A stretch of DNA of 64,000 nt from Escherichia coli (GTDB taxonomy: Bacteria; Pseudomonadota; Gammaproteobacteria; Enterobacterales; Enterobacteriaceae), in assembly GCF_017348835.2 (NCBI RefSeq), contig NZ_CP071375.1. The stretch is one strand, 5' to 3'. Every line of letters starts with the position of its first letter. The stretch's first letter is position 1. The position numbers were made by a program, and so were the translations under genes. The notes beneath the pieces were generated by a model, which saw only the letters and a program-made list of their open reading frames with translations, was not told the origin of the DNA and ran no database searches. This document shows, one piece after another, positions 56,926-64,000 of this stretch.

Positions 56926-57726
56926 TCACCACCAGGCGTGGAAGTGGTGAACCGGACCAATACCGTGACCAACTTCCAGCGTGTCGGCCTGTGCTAACGC
57001 CGATGAAAGCCAGCTTTTTGCCTCCTGTACGGTGTCAGCCCAGTTTGTATGGCGCGGGCGTAGTGCAGCCAACGCCGCAGAGAGCGTACAACCAGTGCCG
57101 TGGGTGTTTTTGGTCATAATGCGCGGTGCAGTAAATCGTTGTTCTCCCTCACGAGTAAACAGCCAGTCCGGGCTTTGTTCAGCATCCAGATGACCACCTT
57201 TCATTAGCACTGCGCCACAGCCCATCGCCAACAGCGATCGCCCTTGTTCCAGCATTTCCTGTTCGGTGCGCGCGTGTGGCGCGTCGAGCAAGGCGGCTGC
57301 TTCGGGCAAGTTTGGCGTTATTAATGAAACCTGTGGCAATAATCGACTGCGTAGCGTGGCAACTGCCGAGGGTGAAAGCAGTGGGTCGCCGCTTTTTGCC
57401 AGCATAACGGTGTCGAGTACCACGTTTTGGATCTGATAACGTTGCAACCGTTCTGCCACCGCTTCAACAATATCGGTTTCCGCCAACATACCGATTTTAG
57501 TGGTGTCGATTCGCACATCGCTGAACACCGAATCGAGCTGGGCAGCGACAAAATCAGGCTCAATGCGATACACCGACTGTACGCCACGGGTGTTTTGCGC
57601 CACCAGAGCAGTAATAACTGAGCAACCATAAGCGCCAAGTGCCGAGAAGGTTTTAAGATCGGCCTGAATCCCCGCACCACCACTCGGATCAGTACCGGCA
57701 ATCGTCAGAGCGTTAATTCGTTTCAT
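56926..57726 (-). CDS. thiD: Hydroxymethylpyrimidine / phosphomethylpyrimidine kinase
   Basis: 266-aa [37 protein letters not shown]…. Confidence 0.95.
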   Translation of the reverse strand: MKRINALTIAGTDPSGGAGIQADLKTFSALGAYGCSVITALVAQNTRGVQSVYRIEPDFVAAQLDSVFSDVRIDTTKIGMLAETDIVEAVAERLQRYQIQNVVLDTVMLAKSGDPLLSPSAVATLRSRLLPQVSLITPNLPEAAALLDAPHARTEQEMLEQGRSLLAMGCGAVLMKGGHLDAEQSPDWLFTREGEQRFTAPRIMTKNTHGTGCTLSAALAALRPRHTNWADTVQEAKSWLSSALAQADTLEVGHGIGPVHHFHAWW

Positions 57727-58511
57727 GCCTGCACCTCCTGCGTCAATTGCCAGAGCGCATCAAGGAAATGTGGAACAAAACTGCCTGGCCCCTCGCTTCT
57801 GGCGACTGCGCGTTCTCCGGCTTGTTTCATCCAGTGACAGGCAGATGCGACATTTTCCAGCGTATCGCCTGGTAACGCACAGCAGGCAGCGACAACCGCC
57901 GATAATGCACAGCCAGTTCCTACCACTTTGGTCATTAACGGATCGCCACCGTGAATACCAATGATACGATGTCCATCGGTAACATAATCCATCTCTCCAG
58001 TGACCACGACGATTGCGCCGGTTTCCCGTGCCAGTGTTTGTGCAGCGGGTATCGCGTTAGCTGCGGCGTCAGTGGTATCCACTCCCCGTCCGCCATTAGC
58101 AATGCCAGCTAATGCCATGATTTCCGAAGCATTACCACGTATCGCTGCCGGTTTAAAAGATAAAAGTTCATGACAAAAATGGCGGCGATAATCGAGCGCA
58201 CCAACCGCTACTGGATCAAGCGTCCAGGGTGTTTGAGAGCTTTTTGCTTGCTCAACGGCAGCACGCATCGCCTGTGCGCGTGGCTGCGTCAGTGTGCCAA
58301 CGTTAATCAACAAGGCACTGGCGATAGCCGCAAACTGACTGGCCTCTTCGGTTTCGATAACCATCGCTGGCGATGCACCGAGCGCCAGCAAGGTATTGGC
58401 AGTAAAGGTTTGCACCACATCGTTGGTCATGCAGTGCACAAGAGGGGAATGTTGGTGAAAAAGGTGTAACGTGTGCGCAGATTGCGCGGAACTCAGCAGG
58501 TCGACTTGCAT
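57723..58511 (-). CDS. thiM: Hydroxyethylthiazole kinase
   Basis: 262-aa [37 protein letters not shown]…; 4-nt overlap with thiD. Confidence 0.95.
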   Translation of the reverse strand: MQVDLLSSAQSAHTLHLFHQHSPLVHCMTNDVVQTFTANTLLALGASPAMVIETEEASQFAAIASALLINVGTLTQPRAQAMRAAVEQAKSSQTPWTLDPVAVGALDYRRHFCHELLSFKPAAIRGNASEIMALAGIANGGRGVDTTDAAANAIPAAQTLARETGAIVVVTGEMDYVTDGHRIIGIHGGDPLMTKVVGTGCALSAVVAACCALPGDTLENVASACHWMKQAGERAVARSEGPGSFVPHFLDALWQLTQEVQA

Positions 58512-58644
58512 AGTTTGCTCCTGCCATAACGTGAAGAAGCAATGACCTGGTGGTCCGTGACTTCCCTACGCTGGCATTATCCAGATCAGGTGATACGGGT
58601 ATTTCTCAGCCTTCACGCAGAAGGGCACCCCGAGTCGTTTGGTT
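58512..58644 (-). promoter_or_regulatory. TPP (THI-box) riboswitch in the thiM leader
   Basis: Minus strand reads aaccaaacgactcggggtgcccttctgcgtgaaggctgagaaatacccgtatcacctgatctggataatgccagcgtagggaag…ggcaggagcaaactATG, which matches the well-studied E. coli thiM aptamer and expression platform as I remember it. Confidence 0.9.
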
Positions 58645-58733
58645 GCGATGATAAATCGCAGAGGAGGATGGTAATGTCCAGCGCACCCGTTGTAAACGAG
58701 GAAAAACGGCAGTTTTACAATCGCGTTAATAAA

Positions 58734-59006
58734 TTATTTGATATATGAATCCAGCACCTTCAGAACGACATCCAGATCTTCTTCACGTTTTAGCTCATCC
58801 CCCTGGTGAACGATGTGTTCAGTTAGATGACCTTTAATCACTTCCCGCATCAGACCGTTTACCGCGCCACGGATAGCAGCAATCTGTTGTAAAACTGCAG
58901 CGCATTCGTGCGGCTCGTCGAGCATTTTCTTGAGCGCCACGACCTGGCCCTGAATCTTACTGGCACGTGCTTTCAGTTTCTGTTTATCACGGATTGTATG
59001 AGACAT
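58734..59006 (-). CDS. rcnR: Ni(II)/Co(II)-responsive repressor RcnR (CsoR/RcnR family)
   Basis: 90-aa [51 protein letters not shown]…. Confidence 0.93.
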
Positions 59007-59054
59007 GGCAACACCTGGTTAACAAGAACATGAAAAATCATAGCACTATTAATC

Positions 59055-59089
59055 TACTGGGGGGTAGTATCAGGTACTGGGGGGGAGTA
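59055..59089. promoter_or_regulatory. Two RcnR operator sites (TACT-G6/7-AGTA) in the rcnR-rcnA divergent promoter region
   Basis: tactggggggtagta (59055-59069) and tactgggggggagta (59075-59089), inverted TACT/AGTA half-sites around G-tracts. Confidence 0.8.
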
Positions 59090-59126
59090 GAATCAGATTG
59101 CCGAATTAATACTAAGAATTATTATC

Positions 59127-59951
59127 ATGACCGAATTTACAACTCTTCTTCAGCAAGGAAACGCCTGGTTCTTCATCCCCAGCGCCATCTTACTTGGTGC
59201 GCTTCATGGCCTGGAACCAGGGCACTCAAAAACGATGATGGCGGCGTTTATCATCGCCATCAAAGGCACCATTAAACAGGCGGTGATGCTCGGACTGGCA
59301 GCAACCATTTCGCATACCGCAGTGGTCTGGTTGATTGCCTTTGGCGGGATGGTGATCAGCAAGCGCTTTACTGCTCAATCAGCAGAACCGTGGCTCCAGT
59401 TGATTTCCGCAGTGATCATTATTGGCACCGCGTTCTGGATGTTCTGGCGTACCTGGCGCGGCGAACGCAACTGGCTGGAGAATATGCACGAGCATGATCA
59501 TGAGCATCATCACCACGATCACGAAGATCACCACGACCAAGGACATCATCACCATCACGAACATGGCGAGTATCAGGATGCCCATGCACGAGCCCATGCC
59601 AATGACATTAAACGACGCTTTGATGGTAGAGAGGTCACCAACTGGCAAATTTTGCTATTTGGCTTAACCGGTGGCCTTATCCCCTGCCCGGCAGCAATTA
59701 CCGTGCTGTTGATTTGCATTCAGTTGAAAGCCCTGACACTGGGCGCAACACTGGTCGTCAGTTTCAGCATTGGCCTGGCGTTAACGCTTGTCACCGTAGG
59801 CGTTGGCGCAGCAATCAGCGTTCAGCAGGTCGCAAAACGCTGGAGCGGATTTAACACTCTCGCTAAACGCGCCCCCTATTTTTCCAGTCTGTTGATTGGC
59901 TTAGTTGGTGTGTATATGGGCGTACATGGCTTCATGGGCATAATGCGATAA
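59127..59951 (+). CDS. rcnA: Nickel/cobalt efflux permease RcnA
   Basis: 274-aa ORF with His-rich cytoplasmic loop (HEHDHEHHHHDHEDHHDQGHHHHHEHGEYQDAHARAH) between transmembrane blocks. Confidence 0.93.
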   Translation: MTEFTTLLQQGNAWFFIPSAILLGALHGLEPGHSKTMMAAFIIAIKGTIKQAVMLGLAATISHTAVVWLIAFGGMVISKRFTAQSAEPWLQLISAVIIIGTAFWMFWRTWRGERNWLENMHEHDHEHHHHDHEDHHDQGHHHHHEHGEYQDAHARAHANDIKRRFDGREVTNWQILLFGLTGGLIPCPAAITVLLICIQLKALTLGATLVVSFSIGLALTLVTVGVGAAISVQQVAKRWSGFNTLAKRAPYFSSLLIGLVGVYMGVHGFMGIMR

Positions 59952-60169
59952 CTCAATCCTTTAGGCTTGCATGTTATCTTCAGCCCAGGATGATTCTTAA
60001 ATCAGCTATTTCCGCAGACTCTCTGCTCGCTAAGGATGCTTTTAGGGCATCCTTTCATTTACACTTTTTACGAAATCATGGGATCACTAACAAAATATCG
60101 CTTGTCAGTTATATTGTATGGCAGGAAAGATATGCGACTGATATTACAGATCCCCAAAGTGGAGAGTTT

Positions 60170-60508
60170 ATGACCATTCAAAATAAGATGTTGCTGGGTG
60201 TGCTTTTGCTAGTTACCAGTGCCGCCTGGGCCGCACCAGCCACCGCGGGTTCGACCAATACCTCGGGAATTTCTAAGTATGAGTTAAGCAGTTTCATTGC
60301 TGACTTTAAGCATTTCAAACCAGGCGATACCGTCCCAGAGATGTACCGCACCGATGAGTACAACATTAAGCAGTGGCAGTTACGTAACCTGCCCGCACCT
60401 GATGCCGGGACGCACTGGACCTATATGGGTGGCGCGTACGTGTTGATCAGCGACACCGACGGTAAAATCATTAAAGCCTACGACGGTGAGATTTTTTATC
60501 ATCGCTAA
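60170..60508 (+). CDS. rcnB: Periplasmic Ni/Co homeostasis protein RcnB (YohN)
   Basis: ORF track 172 aa; ATG at 60170 gives the 112-aa product MTIQNKMLLGVLLLVTSAAWAAP… with signal peptide. Confidence 0.85.
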   Translation: MTIQNKMLLGVLLLVTSAAWAAPATAGSTNTSGISKYELSSFIADFKHFKPGDTVPEMYRTDEYNIKQWQLRNLPAPDAGTHWTYMGGAYVLISDTDGKIIKAYDGEIFYHR

Positions 60509-60510
60509 AA

Positions 60511-60535
60511 AAAGCCCCCTCATCATGAGGGGGAA
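60511..60535 (-). terminator. Intrinsic terminator downstream of yehA (read on the minus strand)
   Basis: Minus strand reads ccccctcatgatgaggggg followed by ctttttttag; GC-rich hairpin plus U-tract. Confidence 0.6.
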
Positions 60536-60589
60536 ATGCAGACATCTTGTTATTTTTTATTATTAGCCACTTGCTCGTCTTGCTTGTTA

Positions 60590-61624
60590 TTAGTCGTATT
60601 TCACGTTGATTAGTGCGGTTGCCTGTAGTGCGCCAGATTTAACTTTGTTTGTATCGTAGACGTAGTAACTGGCTGTTATCGGAATTGAAACCGTTGTATC
60701 TGTAAGTTTTGACTTTGCCGCAATTTCTTTTAAATTTGTGTATCCTTTACTGCTGTTAGTGATATTTAAAAGTGTGACTGGCGAACCATTACTTTCAAGA
60801 ATAAATCCTACGCCATTATCTTCCGCACCTTTCAGTATTGTGTTGCTGTTGGTTAACAAGTCAGAACTTGATAAATACACCTGCATTTTCCGTGATGTTT
60901 GATTTTGTTGACCTAATAAATTTTTACAACGCAGAATAATATCCTCTTTTTTACTATTTATTGTTGCTTTGTTACCTGTCGCTGGTAATTGTGAAACGGG
61001 AATACTGTCTAAAGTAATTAATAAATCGTCCGGTTTGCAGGTTGTGGTTATCGGGTTGTATGACAATGTCAGATTAAAGGAATAGACACCTGCATTTTGT
61101 GCCAATGCATTTCTGTAGCTATTTACACATGCATCCCATGACTTACCACCTAATAAACACAGTAGAAATTGTACTGCGGCACTCCCGCGTGTCGATGATG
61201 AAGCACTGGATAATGTCGCAACTCCATTAATCATCACTGAACCGCCGCCCCCCGCAGAAACATTCACTTTTGCATTACTAGCCGCAGGTGTCACCGTTAC
61301 CGAATAACCACTGGTGAAACTGGTCTGATTATTTGACAACGTGATGTTGTTTTTATTGGTCCATTCAAAATGTAAATTTAATTTAATGGTATCGTTATAA
61401 AGTCCAACAATAATATCCGACGGGCTCATAGGGGTGATAGTATTTGTACTCACGCATGACGAATCATTAAAATTATGCTCATAGGTCGCCATTTGTGTTT
61501 GAGTAAGTGCAAAATCCCCCTGAACAACCAAGTTGTGCTGAACAGATAACTCACTATAACATGCTGCATAGCTCACTGGCATAACCATCATCATTAATAT
61601 AAATAGCATTATGCGAATTTTCAT
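60590..61624 (-). CDS. yehA: Fimbrial adhesin-like subunit YehA
   Basis: 344-aa ORF with signal peptide (MKIRIMLFILMMMVMPVSYA), Ser/Thr/Asn-rich, low GC; last gene of the yehDCBA chaperone-usher operon. Confidence 0.85.
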   Translation of the reverse strand: MKIRIMLFILMMMVMPVSYAACYSELSVQHNLVVQGDFALTQTQMATYEHNFNDSSCVSTNTITPMSPSDIIVGLYNDTIKLNLHFEWTNKNNITLSNNQTSFTSGYSVTVTPAASNAKVNVSAGGGGSVMINGVATLSSASSSTRGSAAVQFLLCLLGGKSWDACVNSYRNALAQNAGVYSFNLTLSYNPITTTCKPDDLLITLDSIPVSQLPATGNKATINSKKEDIILRCKNLLGQQNQTSRKMQVYLSSSDLLTNSNTILKGAEDNGVGFILESNGSPVTLLNITNSSKGYTNLKEIAAKSKLTDTTVSIPITASYYVYDTNKVKSGALQATALINVKYD

Positions 61625-61639
61625 AGAACCACCTGACTA

Positions 61640-64000
61640 TTACTGGCAAATATAATTTCTACTTTCATCAATCTCTTTACCGAAGATGATTGTGCATGAA
61701 AGTCCTTGTTGCTTATTAATTGCCACATTAACCGATGGCGGTACTTCATTGGTGCGAATAAATAACTGACTTCCCTGGCCGACAACGCCAATATTATGAC
61801 CGTGGATATCATTGACTTCATAACCAAACGTTAATGGTTGCCCATCCGCTCTTAACGCTTTTATAAACCAAGGCTTGCGCTGATCGGTATCAAAATTGAC
61901 CAGTACAACCGCGCCGCGATAAGGTGCGGCAATTTTCCGGTTACCGCGCAATTCTGCTTCGCTATCGCTTTGCGACACATCCAGCATCAGGTGATTTTCC
62001 CGATAAGGTGTCATTCCGTCGTATACCACCACTCCATTACGGTTTGTTGTGCGATATTTTTGCCCATTGACATAAGCATCTTTAATTCCTGGTGCATTCA
62101 TCACAGCAAACGTTTCGGAAAGACGGTTCGCCAGATTAACGCCACCCGACCAGGCGACAATGCCCCCTGAAACACTGGCTCCAGCCTGTCGATAAGTACT
62201 CGACTGACTATAACTGCCATTCACTGTTGCCACCGGCGCGTTCCAGGTTAAATTCGCTCCAGCTGTCGTTTCATTTCCCTGATGTTGATGACTCAGGTTG
62301 ACGCCATAATTGAACTGATCCCGACTCCCTACTGTTCCTGATAATCCCGTATTATTTGAGGCAAAACCCTGATCATCAAACGTCGTTGAGTTAGACATAT
62401 ATATTTGCCGACGAGGCGTCGTAACGTCATCACCCCAATCAAAGGGAATCGATATAAAAATATTAAAACGTTTCTCTTCATGATGATTCTCGTCATACGC
62501 CTGGCTTGCCGCGAGGGTATAGCTTATCCGTCGCAGGTTGTTGGAATAACTCAACTGATAATCCTTACTGCTGCCACTACGCCCCCAGTAATCTCGCCAT
62601 AACGTACTTAATGACACAGACCCCCAGCCTTCTGGCAATGACTGGCTCATATTGGCAGAAAAGCTATTTTTACGGCCAAAATCGTTCTGGTAATAATCGG
62701 CAATGTCATAGATATCGTTTTCATCACGGCGATAATTATCTTTATTGTTTGCCCAAACGTGATCGTTAAATGTCCGGTAATCACGCGACGAATAACGCCA
62801 GGCCGCCAGACCAAAACGCGTCGACCTTTGGCTCACAAATTTGTTGTAGGCAATTTGATAACTTTGCCCGTCAAACACATCGCCGTTGTCTTGTTTACTA
62901 TGCGACTTCGTGGCATCGACGGAAATTGCGCCAATGCGCGTGTTCCAACCTGTTCCGAGGGTAAACGCATAGTAATTATTAGCAACCATCGTGCCGCCAT
63001 ACAGCGTCAATAAGTTATTAAAACCATACTGATAACCTGCCTGGACAAAATCACTTTGCTTGCTCGCACCTTCAATATGACTACGGCCCGCTGCAAAATC
63101 ATATTTTGATACGCCAGGTTGCAACATATTAGGTACTGCCGCATAAGGCACCAGATAGGTGGTTACCGAACCGTCCGCCTCTTTCACGCTGACATCAAGA
63201 TCTGCTCCACCACCGGCCAACTGCAAATCTGTAATCGCAAACGGGCCAGGAGGAACCTCTTTCTGATAAACCACAAAACCGTTCTGTTCAATAGTTACCA
63301 GCGCGTTACTCTGAGCAATCCCCTGCACCCGTGGCGTAAAATTTTGTTTCGAGTTAGGCAACATCTGCATATCACGAAACAACCGCACACCGCTGAAGCG
63401 AACAGAATCAAAAATATCGCTTGATGTGTACATATCACCCACGCGAAGCGTGCCGAGAAGTTGGGCAAATCCACGTTCCAGATACAGGGTATTGCTTTTC
63501 CACGCCCCTGGATTGTTATTTGTTTTACTGAAACTGGCATCAGAATGCAGTTGCCACCCCAGTAAATTTAACCCGCTGTTAAAACGTACATATGTACTCT
63601 TACTATTACCCGACGCTTTATAGTCGCTGTAATACTGACTTACGTAATAAGACGTATAAAACGCATTGATTCCCCGCTCCCAGTTTTCTGGCGGAACGTA
63701 ACCATTTTCCAGCTCTTCAACCCAGGCTTGCGGAACAGCGAGATCCAAACGAAAAATCCCAATATCCCAGGAGTAGCTTCCGCCCTGAACAAGTTGCTCA
63801 AATGTTAAACACTGATTTTCGCATGCAAAATTATCGCTATTTATACCTAACCGCTTTACAATTTCACGCGTCAGGCAAGTTTCATGTGGGTTATCTTTGA
63901 CGATAATCTCATATTTTCCACGCCATTGTTTATTGACATAAATATCAATGTCGTACTGCCCAGGTAAAGGCTGATTATCATCAAGACGCAAATTTGTTAC
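61640..64000 (-). CDS. yehB: Fimbrial outer-membrane usher YehB (3' portion; N-terminus lies beyond the window end)
   Basis: Open frame from the window edge to the stop at 61640; translation …CTIIFGKEIDESRNYICQ, usher C-terminal Cys pair and beta-barrel-like composition. Confidence 0.85.
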   Translation of the reverse strand, partial: VTNLRLDDNQPLPGQYDIDIYVNKQWRGKYEIIVKDNPHETCLTREIVKRLGINSDNFACENQCLTFEQLVQGGSYSWDIGIFRLDLAVPQAWVEELENGYVPPENWERGINAFYTSYYVSQYYSDYKASGNSKSTYVRFNSGLNLLGWQLHSDASFSKTNNNPGAWKSNTLYLERGFAQLLGTLRVGDMYTSSDIFDSVRFSGVRLFRDMQMLPNSKQNFTPRVQGIAQSNALVTIEQNGFVVYQKEVPPGPFAITDLQLAGGGADLDVSVKEADGSVTTYLVPYAAVPNMLQPGVSKYDFAAGRSHIEGASKQSDFVQAGYQYGFNNLLTLYGGTMVANNYYAFTLGTGWNTRIGAISVDATKSHSKQDNGDVFDGQSYQIAYNKFVSQRSTRFGLAAWRYSSRDYRTFNDHVWANNKDNYRRDENDIYDIADYYQNDFGRKNSFSANMSQSLPEGWGSVSLSTLWRDYWGRSGSSKDYQLSYSNNLRRISYTLAASQAYDENHHEEKRFNIFISIPFDWGDDVTTPRRQIYMSNSTTFDDQGFASNNTGLSGTVGSRDQFNYGVNLSHQHQGNETTAGANLTWNAPVATVNGSYSQSSTYRQAGASVSGGIVAWSGGVNLANRLSETFAVMNAPGIKDAYVNGQKYRTTNRNGVVVYDGMTPYRENHLMLDVSQSDSEAELRGNRKIAAPYRGAVVLVNFDTDQRKPWFIKALRADGQPLTFGYEVNDIHGHNIGVVGQGSQLFIRTNEVPPSVNVAINKQQGLSCTIIFGKEIDESRNYICQ

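Noticed and set aside
61621-61827. 68-aa minus-strand ORF at the yehB/yehA junction
   Set aside because: It is an alternative frame overlapping the 3' end of yehB; the real yehA start at 61624 has a signal peptide, this frame does not.

Overview
This window is a contiguous stretch of Escherichia coli chromosome, collinear with the K-12 region from the colanic-acid (wca/cps) cluster through mdtABCD-baeSR, the gat operon, thiMD and rcnRAB to the yehABCD fimbrial operon. All gene calls rest on reading the supplied six-frame ORF translations and the raw sequence and recognising the proteins and motifs from memory; no database search or computation was run. Start codons were moved off the ORF-track maxima where the known protein N-terminus and a Shine-Dalgarno sequence indicate a shorter product. 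Order: wcaI' (5' end only), gmm, fcl, gmd, wcaFEDCBA, wzc, wzb, wza (all minus), then yegH, a HigB/HigA-like toxin-antitoxin pair, asmA, dcd, udk, dgcE (yegE), alkA, yegD, the yegI-yegK-yegL operon, three tandem Sib/Ibs type I toxin-antitoxin repeats, mdtABCD-baeSR, yegP, a ParD/ParE pair, yegQ, the CyaR sRNA, yegR, yegS, gatR-gatDCBAZY, fbaB, yegTUV, yegW, yegX, thiDM with its TPP riboswitch, rcnR/rcnA/rcnB, yehA and partial yehB. I found no single large novel system. The observations most worth follow-up are the two small type II toxin-antitoxin islets in otherwise core intergenic gaps, a third Sib/Ibs copy, an in-frame amber stop splitting gatY while gatR is intact, the yegLKI operon (vWA / PP2C phosphatase / Hanks-type kinase), and the absence of the K-12 P2-like remnant beside cyaR. 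The strain is clearly not MG1655-like at the gat locus (no IS3 in gatR).
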